From contig RHPI01002910.1 in NCBI GenBank assembly GCA_009103225.1, positions 1 to 64,000 of the forward strand: a stretch of DNA of 64,000 nt, read 5' to 3'. This DNA comes from Chlorokybus atmophyticus. Its lineage: Eukaryota; Plantae; Mesostigma and Chlorokybus algae. How positions within the stretch are numbered: position 1 is the first letter of the stretch; the number at the start of each line of letters is the position of its first letter. Position numbers and translations under genes: made by a program. The notes beneath the pieces are model-generated. The model searched no databases and was not told the DNA's origin. It was given only the letters and a program-made list of their open reading frames with translations. Shown one piece after another: positions 25,110-37,041 of the stretch.

Positions 25110-28100
25110 CTATCTTATGGCACCTTGGACCATATCATCGAAGTCAGCCTCATCTTCATCTGTGGAGAAGTCTTCTGAGCTGTCATCGCTGTCCATGCTA
25201 TCGCTGCCCAGCATGCCGTCAAGCATCCCAGGATGGCCCATGCCATCGCTTTCATCATCAGAAGCCAACTCAACCAGGGCATCAAGTGGTACACCAACAC
25301 CTTCAACATTGATGCCGTTTGCTGCACAAGACCACAAGTCAAGGCGATGGCCATATCGCTCACATCATACAAGCGGTACAGCACAATGCCTATGTGTCCA
25401 TACCTGCCAACTCGGACTCTTCATCACTACCCAGCACACCGTCATCATCTACATCAAGCTCAGCTTCATCATCCTCATCGTCGTCCTCTTCATCTGTGTT
25501 GGCCATGTCATCCGGGTCTGGATCAAGTGGCCGGCGACGACCGACCTCATACACCCGGACAAAGGAGTCCCTCCGGAAACCGTCAGATGTTCTATCGGCA
25601 GCTGCTACGGCTACAAACGAGTCAGTAGACTCAACGGCAACATCCATGACACAGCGGTCCACCTGCCAAGAGAAACATATCTCAGAGAGACAGAATTAGT
25701 AGACACATGACACTACCTGCAGCTCAGCATTGCAAGAAGGATGAGTGTAGATTGTACCTCAAAGGTGTTGATATGAGAGTAATCAACGGCATCAACAGTA
25801 CGGAATGACGACCAAAGCGGATGCTTCCTGTGCCGAGCGTGCAAGACGCTGCGAGGGTCTTCTGTAGGTCGGCGCAGATGGGCATAGATAACATCCCCTG
25901 TACCATTGAAGCAGATTGCACTTCTGTCCAGAGAGGGAACGCTTCTCAACAGCTTGTATGTGCGCAAGTCCCACACCTGTATTGCAAGACAGCAAGGGTT
26001 ACGTGTATACCTGCAGCGTAACAAAACATGACATGGCAAACAAGATCATTCAACGAGAGCTACCTCTGAGTTGAGAATGGCCTCATTCCCTGATGGATGG
26101 AACCGGCCTCCACCATTGTCAGTGAACTGGTCGAAGCGATGAAGCACAGTCGGCACGCGATGATCCCATAGCTCATTACCCCACAGCAAGAGGGCATCAG
26201 ACGGGCTGAAGAAGGCGCCCACATGGACTTGGCGAGCGCTGTTGCGACCAGTGTCTGACAGTGTCTGCACAACCACGCCTGTTCTCACGTCATGGATTGC
26301 GGCCTGGACAAGAGATGGTACCGTCAGTGCTGTTGCCCACAGGCCAACAAGAGATCGAAGGACACTAATTGCTTGCTGGTACTTACGTAGACATCATCCA
26401 TGCCATCCGTCCGTGGTTCGGATGCTATTGCCACCATGCGGTCGCCTGCATGATTGAAACGACCGGCATGGCACGAACTGAAGGTGTGTTTGGCTCCACC
26501 ATTCATGTCTTTCACATCCCACAGCTTGACTTCTTGAGGAGTTGAGGAGAGAAGCATGTCCTTGCCTTGATACCTCAAGGACTGTACACATTGCGAGTCA
26601 AGACTGTCAGCAAAGACTACATGCAGAAGACTTGCTATGCGGAGCACAAACTTGCTTTCTAGTCTGGATGCAGTGCAGATGAATCGCATTGACATTGTCA
26701 GCTGCGTATCCAAGGCTAGCTGCCATGCTGCACAACTTGTTGAACTTACCTGCAGCAAGTTGATGGGCTTGTCGTGTGCAGCATACGCATCCCCAGCTGC
26801 AGCACTGATGACGTCATACTGGCGCAAGGAGCCGTCATAATTGCCAACCATAATGCGGTTGTAATCCCCAACAAAGGTGACTGCCGTCATAAACAGCAGA
26901 TCGTCTTCTTCCCGGAACGTATGCCAATTGCGAAAGCGGCTATACACAAAATGACGGTCATGACGCCGGCCACCTGGGCCACCATTGGAAGCATTGCGCT
27001 GGCGAGCATGCGAACGGCTACAAACATTTAGGGGTGCGTCCAATGGCCTGCGCGGCTCAGGACACACATGTGGCTGCACAACAACAGTCAATCAGTCCTA
27101 TGTACAGGAGTGGCACAAAGGTGATTGGCATCAGAACTTGACAATGGACGCACCTGTAGCAAGGAGACAGGTGGCAAGGTACTGATTGGTACTGGACACT
27201 GTCTGTGCTGATGCTTTAGATACTGAGTGACAATGCGATCCAGCGCACTACCCCCGCCGTAGGAATGTCCACTAAAAGCAATTTGTTGGCCAGCAGGTGT
27301 TGAAGAGACTGCATCGCTGCTCAACTTTACTGGGGTGACATAGGTAGAGGCATCTGCAAACTGAAAGTACGACTTCTGCGAGCGTGTTGCAGCCGGTGAA
27401 ACATTAAGCGTGGCAACCGTCACAGTTGCTGACTTGGTGACAGGCGCAGCTGTACCGAATGTCGGGCCCGGTGTTGGACCTATGGCAGCAACAAGAGGCG
27501 GTGATGATGGAGTGCTGACACCAGGGTCCGGTTCAGTGGCACAGGGTGGTGACAACGGACCACGTGCAGGCAGCGGAGTGTTTGCTGGTCGTTTGATCCC
27601 TTTGACCCTTTCGAAGCGATCAGTTTTGCACTGGTTGTGCTTTTTTGACATGGAAGCCTGAGCACTTGGGGACTGGGTCCAAGTTCGACTATTTGGCCAT
27701 GAATACACAGGTTTGAGGCCAGCAGGTCCTTGAACAGCTTGCTGAGGAGCAGTGGGTGTCTTCACAGACGGGGAAGGAAGCCCAGCTTCAGTCAGCAATG
27801 CCGCCGCGGTTGTGTGCAACCCGCTGGAGGCTAAGTGCTCATGTATGAGCTGCAGCAACTCTTTGCTCGGGTAGTTGATGGGTGTGCTCGCAACAATGGC
27901 TGCCCTCTCAATCTTGTGCATGGCTGGTGCAGCGGCATCTGTGGCAGCTAGTGCACTTGCACGTCCAGCATTTGTAAGCAGGCTAATTAACTCCAGAGCA
28001 GCTCTGCTAAAATCCTTGTGCTGATCCCCACCATATGTTGCTTTGGCCAAAGACAGCGGCTCGCGAACAAGGTCAGACAAGAGACGTGCCACCTGCAGGG

Positions 28101-31100
28101 GCATTCAGCACTAGACTGAGATTACAAGCATAACAGAGGTGATGATGTGCACAGCTTGTTCCTAACGTAGTGTACACTGCTGTAAACATTATGGCAAAGG
28201 GTACCTGTAATTTGCCTAAGATGTGTGCAATGGCAGGATCACGGGCCAGACCCAGCAAGACCTTGCACGCCATTGCTCTTATGCTATCAGCAGCAGAAGG
28301 TATGCTTCGATACTGCAACAAAGAGAGCAACACCTGCAAGGGCGACACTAATCAGGAGCCGCTGCTGACGGTTACAACTCGACAGCCGTACATACCTTAA
28401 TGCCATTATTGGCCCGCAAGCATTCCCTCGTGTAGTGGTAGCCCTGCTCAACAACAGGCGAGCACTCTGCCCTGCTGGAAGAGGCTCGCCTTTCAAGGTG
28501 AGGATCAGCTGCATGCTTGCTGGCTGACGCAGGTCCACTGGTGGCCGCGCTCTGACCACTGCTTGGCTGCTTGACCAGTGATGGCGGAGGACCCACCAAA
28601 TTTGCAAGCACTTGGAGAGCCAGCCGGATTACCTGACACGTCATACAGTGACACACATCACATGGCGTGGACACACACTTGACTGAGCTAGTTGTGTCAT
28701 GCCCCAGGCAACTTTTTCTCACCTCAGGATCGTTGCTGTGGGAGTTGTGCGCAGTCGACAAGAGGACAGCCATGCCACTCCTGTCATTGCTGAGGACTGT
28801 GCCGGCTATGTGCCCATGTGTTGACGGTATCAAGGTGATTAAAAGCAGTGTAGCCAAGGCTTCAAGCGCAATGTCATGAGCATAACGTTCATGAGGCGGA
28901 CCCTGAACCAAGTCCAACAGAACAGATGGTCCGCCGTAGTCCATGAAGCGCTCTAGTGTTGGCCACTTGATTTTGGCCAGAGCACAGGCAACCCGTCGAT
29001 CCTGCGCAGACAGTGCTGTCAGTTGACACAAGCAACACAGCCTGCTGCACTAAACTCGTAGTGCTTATGTCGCCGCACCTGCTCTACCAACTTGAGAAGA
29101 CCAGCAATGGCCTCATCGCCAATATCCATGGGCTTGTACACGGCCCTTCCAGCACCTTTGGTCCGTTGCTGGGCTTTTTCTTTTTCTTTGGTTGTGCGCA
29201 ACGAGTCCACAAGCACAGTGAAATGAGCGCGGAAGTACTGGCGGAAGGCTTTGCAGGCATGGCTGGCCACTTGTCTGCCCGCGGATGTCCCATCATGAAC
29301 CAGTGCAATATGGCGCAACAAGTTCAGCAGCTGACGCATGCCATCCTGTCAATAACAACGTCAGCAAGTGTGACGGACTACAAATCAACAGGTACATGCA
29401 AGACAACTGCAAGCTTTACCTTTGCATCAAAGGCGTCCAGAACGACACGGAAGGGAAATGCTGCTGCGAAAAACAATGCAGCATTCTTGCGAGCAGGATC
29501 ATGAGCACAAGCGAGCAGCTCCAATGCAGCGCTAACAACATCAGCTGGAACTGGTGATGGCAGCCCACAGATGCGTTCCATAACCACCACATTGGAAGCC
29601 AACCCAAACAAGCAGAAAGATATCCCAGCGTATGTATAAGGTGCTCGTGGTAATGCTAATAGCAACTGCACAAGACAATGATCCTGTGAATAGCAGAAAC
29701 ACCACGCATGATGTCCCATACCAGCAAGGCAGTGACCCACCTGCACACCGCCGGCATCCACAAGCAGGGTAGCAAACCTCCGGTGCGCCACAAGAGCACA
29801 GACCATGTGCAAAGTGTCATTCAAAAGCACCAAGTCACCACCATGACGCCGAAGCAGGTGCACGACAACATCAACTCCGCGCTCCTGGCAGCCAACATGG
29901 GGTCAGAAAAAGAACAGGTTCAGACCAAATCAGCAAGCCTTGTAAGCATCTCACCTGAAGAACAGGCCCTAGGCACTCTAGATACTCCCCCATGCAGGCC
30001 ATGCACTGAATGCTGTAGCGCATGCGAAGTGCATCCAGTTGCGGTGTGTCATCAATCTGACTGCTTGCGGCGGGTTCTGCTGGTGGCAGCGCGCGTGTCG
30101 CCTCCAAGGAGGCAATCGTGGTCGAGTTTAGGTCAGCAGTGGGTGCCTCAGGCTCAGCACTTCTGGGAGATGAAGGCATTTCTCTGGCCTCAGGATCGTC
30201 TGCGTTCTCCGCATTGTCACCTGTCCGCACAGACTGATCCCAATGCACTCGTTTGCGCCTGGAAACATCAGAGCTAGTTGCATCTGCTTCAGTGCCATTA
30301 GCATCTTGGAGCCGCAGGCGTTTCACAGCAGGTGCATGGTCTGTGTCTAGCTCAGAGTCTGTTGCAGCATCGGCTCGAATAACCTCGCCCTCTTGCCGTT
30401 CTGTATCTTTCCTCCCTTCTTTCAGCCGTGCGATCTTCTCAGCTGTCCTTGGCCAGCTGCCAGCAATTGCATCCTGTTGCGCTGATGCTTCGTCAAGAAG
30501 TCGTGCAGGAGAAGGCAGCAGCTCTGATGTACGGCGTGCAGCATCGACGGGTCGGCGCAAGGGCAAGTTGGTTGGTGCATGTTCACGATTGGACACCTCT
30601 AGAGTGGACGCTACCTTAGAAGCTGCGTCGGACCTACCGACATGCCTGCTTGCGCCAGACGCCCCTACAGTCATTTGCCGCAGGTAGCGCATCAACTTGG
30701 CAACTATGCTGGTGCGCACGACATCATTCACAACTTCCTCAACTTGCAATGCAAGAGCGAGGAGGCCAGTGGCGTAAGTTTGAAGACGCTTCCAATCCAG
30801 CTGGTCTCCAGCTGCAGAGCGCGCACACAAAAAACCACACCTCAATGCCCCTGATCCCAGCTGTGCAATATGCGCATTCAGGCAACCCTCGTGCCCTGTA
30901 CCTGCCACCTGCATGGCACCCGGTTCGCCTTGCACCCATTCTTTCAACTTTTCCAGTAAACCCTCATCGGTGAGGGTGGAAGAGTACTGCATGCTGGTCA
31001 AAAATGCCAGAGCCAATCTGGCTGCAGCGGCGCGCACAGCAACCGGGCTGCGCCGTTCAAGCAAGTATTCCCCAACCACCTTATCGTCCAGAGTCAAGTA

Positions 31101-31928
31101 CTCCTGTGACAATAATAAATACCTCAGGATCCAAGATGCAGACAACATTGTGCAACCATGAACAGTACCAAACCCGAGTAAAGGCAAGCAATAATCCTTG
31201 TGATTACGACAAGCACCATGCAGTTCAATTACGTAAGTCGTACCTTGCGCAAAGCCAACAATCGTCCGATCTGATGTGAATTCCGCTGGTTCACGTGAGG
31301 GTCGAAGATAATTTCTTTGTACCTAACAAATGAACCATCATATAAGACACTGATGTGACGTGAGGTTGTCATCCGTTGCGATGGCGCTACAGCCAGACAG
31401 TACGAAGCCACTACAACACCACGCCGAAATGTACTGATGAATCGTGACAAACTCATACAATTGGCACAGCACTTGGCAGAGAACAGTTTTTGGACTGACT
31501 GACTACAAACCGCGAACAAAGTAAGAAGGCAGGGAACTGAAGCTAACTTGCATGCATGAACGCCCTGCAATGCGACAGCGCCCAAGACACACAGGGCTGG
31601 CCTTTGTTGGGCTATATCACTGTGTCAAGCAGCTTTCAGATCTTGTGTGTTGGCAACTATGTTCTGTTAACATCTTCAAACCCAAGTGCACACATGAACA
31701 CTTTGTTGAACAGCCGGGACAACTGCTGTGGTCGCACCTTTCTTCTGCACTCTCAAGCAAGTGGGCAAGCTTATGCATGGCAGCAACCCAGCAGTTGGGT
31801 GCGCAGGCGCCTGGTGGGCAGGCATGTTCGTGGGCGTGTCCATCACCTTGCGAGATCGTAATTATCAGACCTCTGGCATGCTCCACCTGTGGATCTGCAG
31901 CCGCAGCAGGCGCCGCCACCGCCGACAT
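25110..31928 (-). CDS. DCAF1: DDB1- and CUL4-associated factor 1 (VprBP) homologue
   Basis: YATGLLALAL, SIQCMACMGEYLECLGPVL, LisH motif ELLQLIHEHLASSGLHTTAAALL, VTQYLKHQHRQCPVPISTLPP, DRHFVYSRFR, two WDxR motifs (WDHR, WDLR) and an acidic tail. The start codon is inferred. Confidence 0.93.
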
Positions 31929-32168
31929 AGCCGCCTCAAGCACGGCGAAACAAAGCAACGGCTACTACCACTGGCGGCAGCAGCAGCTGCAACCCTAGGT
32001 CACCATCTCATGCTGTTCAAAGTGCCATCCAGCCAGCGTCCAACACGCCCAATTCCACAAGCAACGCTCTCCAGCTCACAGCTCACCTCCGCCTCGACCT
32101 TGACGTCCTTCTCGGCCGCCTCCGCCGCCGGCAAATTTGAATGTTCTAGGCGTAGTTAAGGGCACAGA

Positions 32169-32183
32169 TTAGGGCTAGGGTTT
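32169..32183 (-). promoter_or_regulatory. telo-box-like motif (AAACCCTAGCCCTAA) upstream of DCAF1
   Basis: ttagggctagggttt, ~240 bp upstream of the inferred ATG. Confidence 0.35.
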
Positions 32184-32665
32184 GATCAATGAACTTTACG
32201 GTTATCTAGGGAGCAGAACCTTGGGTTACGCCGCCTACCGGTAGCGCGTTTGACAGCCGGCTGCATTACCGCCGGCTTTACCGGCATGCTTGTCTCTATT
32301 GTGTACATGATAGAACATGTCGTACTCTGCGTCATTCTTGCTTCTGCTGCCAACGTGTCCCGGCAACGTGTCGACACAGAGTGTCACTGTGCCGATACTT
32401 TTTGTCGGTGCACTTAACCGCCGACGCGACCTCTTCTAACTTATGAAAGGGGTCATAACATAAGAGCTGCTTTACAAGCGTGCTCAAGCTGAAAGGAAGG
32501 GGCCAAAAGTGCAGATCATAATGAGAGTCTCATTGCGGCCCGGGGTTCATAGAAGCGCATTTACCATTGAGACGTGCATTGCATTCCAACTACTAACCAC
32601 GCTCGAGTGGGCAGGTGAATTCATTTGCAGCGATGATGTACATGGGAAGTGACGTATTAAGGGGA

Positions 32666-33169
32666 GGCCTGTACCCAAGACATGCACTCACAGTGACATG
32701 TACAGCTGCGGGCACATCGGTGCCATTTCTGGATTTAATGGTTTTCTAAGCAGCGGACGGAATCTGCACCAAGCTGTACAGCAAGCAAGATTTGCCGGAG
32801 TACAAAGACATCAGACGACATAGGGCGCCGCTACCGGAGTCCAATGTGCCTCGGAGCGTCAAGTTGGGAGTGGTGGAATCGCAGTACATGCGGTTCATCC
32901 GCGTGTGCACGTATCGCACTCATTTCATCAACGCTATGACGGACCTGCTCACAGCGATGCAGTCGGAGGGCCACTCTTTGAAATGGATGTTGGCGACGCT
33001 GCGGCAACGCATGATGCGCAACAACACGTATGCGTACTGCACCCCCCCGGCATTGTTGTACAAGATGGTGTACCTCGCTTTGCAAAAACACCGGCGCGCC
33101 AAGGCGACCATCGCAGACACCACGTCAGCGGGACCAGACAACGTGCGCGGGGAGCAGGCTGCTTGGTAA
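32666..33169 (+). mobile_element. Penelope-like element RT C-terminal remnant (Naiad/Chlamys-like)
   Basis: GLYP...SVPFLDLMVF*...TKLYSK...SNVPRSVKLGVVESQYMRFIRVCT...F...L...M..EGH matches the PLE RT thumb/helical domain pattern. One in-frame stop. No GIY-YIG seen. Confidence 0.75.
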
Positions 33170-33394
33170 CGCAGCCTGCCCGTGCTAAGAACACATCCGT
33201 CCAACCCCACCACCCAACCCCACCAGCACCACCATACTGCCAGCGCTACACAGTGCAGTGCCCTAGTGCCACAGTGCAACACTGCATGCCAGCCTGCAGA
33301 ACGAGAGGCTGGGCAGAGGGGCGGGGCAGAGGGGCCTTGCCAGATCAGCGGCGACAAGGGTTTGCAGTTGAGGCGACGGCACAATGACAGCAAG

Positions 33395-33530
33395 AGGAGG
33401 AGGGGGAGGCGGAGGAGAGAGAACAGGCGGAGCGGGGGACGAAGAAGTAGGGAAGGAGGGGAAGGACAGACGGAGAGGGAGAGAGGGAGGGAGACTGTGG
33501 GAGAGGAGGAGAGAGGGAGGGAGAGGGAGT
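33395..33530. repeat. GA-rich low-complexity tract
   Basis: gagg/gaga simple repeats. Confidence 0.8.
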
Positions 33531-34346
33531 GTGCTGCATGCTGCCTGCTGCTGTTACGCTGCACCTGGACTACCGTGGTTAACGCTGCTGCTCGTGTGTT
33601 GCACAGGTAATCAACCAACAATACGCATGTAAGCACGCCTAACGGGGAGGTCTAGAGTAGGGTAGTGTGGTAGGGAACAGGCAGTCAATGTAGCCCGGTG
33701 GTGGTGTATGTGACTGTGTTTGCATGCTGGTTAGTATGCTATGCTGTTGTGACGTCATGCATGTCGCCAATTGTCTCGCGCATATCCTGTACAATCTTGC
33801 ATGCTTGCTGTGTGAGTAACAGGGTAGGCTAGAGTAGACGTAGCATAGAAAATACTAGCCCGGTGGTGAATAAAGTATGGTTGATCACTAATGTGAGCGT
33901 GGTGCATGTCGCAAACATGTGTGAGCGCACCATGCATGTCGGCATACCAGCACACCCCTTTTGTGCATTGGCATCTCAGCAAAGTAATCATGCTGGCAGC
34001 TTGAATTAAGCTTCAACGCATGTAGCGTATGCTGAGTATACAAAAGAGGTATGATGCAATGCCGGCATGCAAAGCATGACACCCACAGTAACATATCAAG
34101 CATGCAATGCATGCAACACACCACACTATCAAGCACTCACATTCACCACCAGGCTGTCCACCAACTACCTACCTGCACTACAATATTCAGAATATTTGTG
34201 ATGTTGTTCAAATAAACTTAAGAAGGACATATGAAAAATGTGGATGATGATGATAAGACAAAGCATACACATTGCGAATCACCATGGCCAACCCGCGCAA
34301 CCAACAACCACGGCATGTGTGCCCCCCCTTGGTGATCTCGGAGGAG

Positions 34347-34630
34347 NNNNNNNNNNNNNNNNNNNNNNNNNNNNNNNNNNNNNNNNNNNNNNNNNNNNNN
34401 NNNNNNNNNNNNNNNNNNNNNNNNNNNNNNNNNNNNNNNNNNNNNNNNNNNNNNNNNNNNNNNNNNNNNNNNNNNNNNNNNNNNNNNNNNNNNNNNNNNN
34501 NNNNNNNNNNNNNNNNNNNNNNNNNNNNNNNNNNNNNNNNNNNNNNNNNNNNNNNNNNNNNNNNNNNNNNNNNNNNNNNNNNNNNNNNNNNNNNNNNNNN
34601 NNNNNNNNNNNNNNNNNNNNNNNNNNNNNN
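34347..34630. other. assembly gap
   Basis: Run of N. Confidence 1.
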
Positions 34631-34661
34631 CCTCGTTCGATGGAAAGAGGTCGTGCACGCA

Positions 34662-36881
34662 TTATTGCGTCCTTGCCATCAAAGTTGCCTGAAAGTAACT
34701 TAGACTAATCAGCAAGGCTTCTTCTGTGCGGATGGTGCGGCTTCCTTGTTCCGGGCAGGTGTTTAGATATTTGTCAAACAGAATAGGTGTGTCCTTGACC
34801 TGCACACATATGCCTTGTTCATACCATACAACCGGCTCTCAATGGAATCATTGCAATCGGGAGGCACACACAAACGTGCCTACCTCAATGCTGTCGTCTA
34901 GCTCTACTGACTCTTCCAAGCCTGCCAGGCCTCCGAGACAGACAACAAGATGCTTGAACTCCGGGAGCTGCAGTTTCCATGCTGGAACAAACTCACCTGC
35001 ACGAACAGCCGACTAGTGAAGTCAGTCATAACATAATCCCGCAACTTTCTCATGAGCGTGCAGAGCGCCAGTAATGCAACTGCATGAAGAGTTGAAGGTC
35101 CACCCACCCTTGTCAGATGTTCCGATAGAGTAGTCATAGCCTTCCTCCCATGGGCATTCCGAAAAGACTGCACTCAGTCCTTGAGCTAACCTCGTGGTGT
35201 ATCCCCAGTAAAGTCCTTGTTTAAGACGGGGTTCAGCGGGTGACACGGCCACACCCCTGGCTGGTTGGCCACCTGTGCATCAACTGTTCAGTGCACACTC
35301 TTTATCTTCAACAACAGGCTGCCACTCATGCAATCGTGCAGGCACAAAACAGCACAGCAGTTTTCAATAACTGAAGATTATGGCCGCAACACAGAAGCAC
35401 CGTGCCTTTGTTGGCCTGTTTCGCCTGGTCTTCAAGCCTGACAGTGACTCTAACACCAGCAGGTAGAGCGCGTTGCAGGCGTACAGGGCGCAGGAGGCCA
35501 ACATCAGCATAGAGGCTGGTTTTTTCCTCTTCGGTCACTATGTCACCATTCGCAGCGTCCTTGCTGCGATTGATCTTGTTGGGATTGGATGTAACAACTC
35601 CCTCTCTATAGAGGGATTGCTCGTTCGCTCTCAGGTGATGCGGGGCGTCTAAAGGCGGCAGCAGGCCAACAAACCTGGAGGTGTACAGATCGTTCCAAGC
35701 ATGCAAAGCGAGTGTTCACATCCATAAGCGAGTTTTGGAGTCCGTGATGGACACCCAACCGAGAATGTCATACTAACCTTAGTGAGGGGTGCATGGGTAT
35801 AAGTGTTCGTCTAAGGTATTGCGGTGTCTCCAGGTACTGCAGGATACGCGCTAGAAACGCAGCACCAGTGTCACCCTCAAGCCGCCATCTACGCTTTGTG
35901 TGAGAGTCGTTGCTTGCATCCTTGTTTTGTACCCTCGCACCCTCGTCAAAGACAACCACCTGCACGTATGTATGCTGCAGGTTTGAAGGCGCGTAGAAGC
36001 AGCGTAGACACAGCGTACCCAAACAAAAGCATATCGATGCATAGGCGTTTATGGCCATGAACACATCACTACATGCTCACAAACATGGCTGCAGTGTAAA
36101 GCGCGCTGACGTGAACCGCATAGACGCGCGTATAATAGTTGCCTGATGCACTGGGATCCATATGACTCGAGTTGCAAGCATGCACAAAGGGGAATGGACC
36201 TCATCAACTTGAAAGATAGCAGCGGCTCGTGCAATCTGTCCCGCAAGGGCGGTGGCGAGCTCCATTGATTGCGCATTGTCAATGATGCTGCCTGCCACAG
36301 CAATGCTCACAGTGTAGTTCCGCCCAGTCTGGTGCGGTGCCTGACGCAAAGAACATAGAGTCAAGAACAGCAGCCCAGCCTTTACAGCAGACACACAGCC
36401 TTGCAGTCTTGCTTGAACAGCGGATACTCAGCGTGCATTGCTGCCAAGGGATGTAAGCTACTACAACCAAGGTGATGTTTAATGTCTGGCGCCGTTACTG
36501 TTGCATTAGACTCGCATCAACAGGCTTCACAAACGAAAATTTTTACGCAATTGGACACTAACCAGCTGTACAGCAACGCGGCATGAGGTTGCACATGCAA
36601 CGCAATGTCATTGAAAGCAACAGTCTGTACGTTTCTTTCACATGATTGCTGTGAAAGAAGCACAGCAACCCGACACAGCATGCGTCCTGCTGTCCTGCTG
36701 CATTGCGTACCTGCTGTGCAGCAACACCATGTTCTTGGCGCAAGCTCGTGGCACTCTTCTTCCTGGCTTGCTGCCCCGCCTCCGCGCTACCTCGCGGGGA
36801 CGGCCCAGGCGCTTCCGCACCACCTCCGTCATGCTGCGCCTCCTCTGACGGCCGCCGCCGCTTGCCCGCCTGCTGCGCCAT
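34662..36881 (-). CDS. SPOUT1: SPOUT-class RNA methyltransferase, C9orf114/CENP-32 family
   Basis: YTVSIAVAGSIIDNAQ, LAGQIARAAAIFQVDE, FLARILQYLETPQYLR, GLLPPLDAPHH, GLYWGYTTR, GYDYSIGTS and NTCPEQGSRTIRTEEA. Confidence 0.92.
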
Positions 36882-36889
36882 GCTTGTTT

Positions 36890-36897
36890 TAGGGTTT
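36890..36897 (-). promoter_or_regulatory. telo-box (AAACCCTA) 9 nt upstream of SPOUT1 ATG
   Basis: The minus strand reads acaaaaccctaaaacaagcATG. Confidence 0.45.
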
Positions 36898-37041
36898 TGT
36901 CGAGGTGGTCGTTGCTGGTGCTGGTGCTGGCGCTGTTGTCTGTGTCGTTCTGCGGGGCGGCGGCGGCGGTGTCGCTAGGGGCGTCTCTGCGTCGGAATGG
37001 GAGGTTGAGGTAGTGTTCCTTTCCCTGGCGCATGTGCCGCC

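Noticed and set aside
32920-33636. Long low-complexity ORFs on both strands
   Set aside because: Products of the GA/CT tract and the antisense strand of the PLE fragment.
33691-33869. TAGCCCGGTGGT motif (also at ~56966) as a Pol III A-box/SINE head or Helitron end
   Set aside because: No B-box at suitable spacing, no TSD or tail, and no clear hairpin-CTRR terminus.
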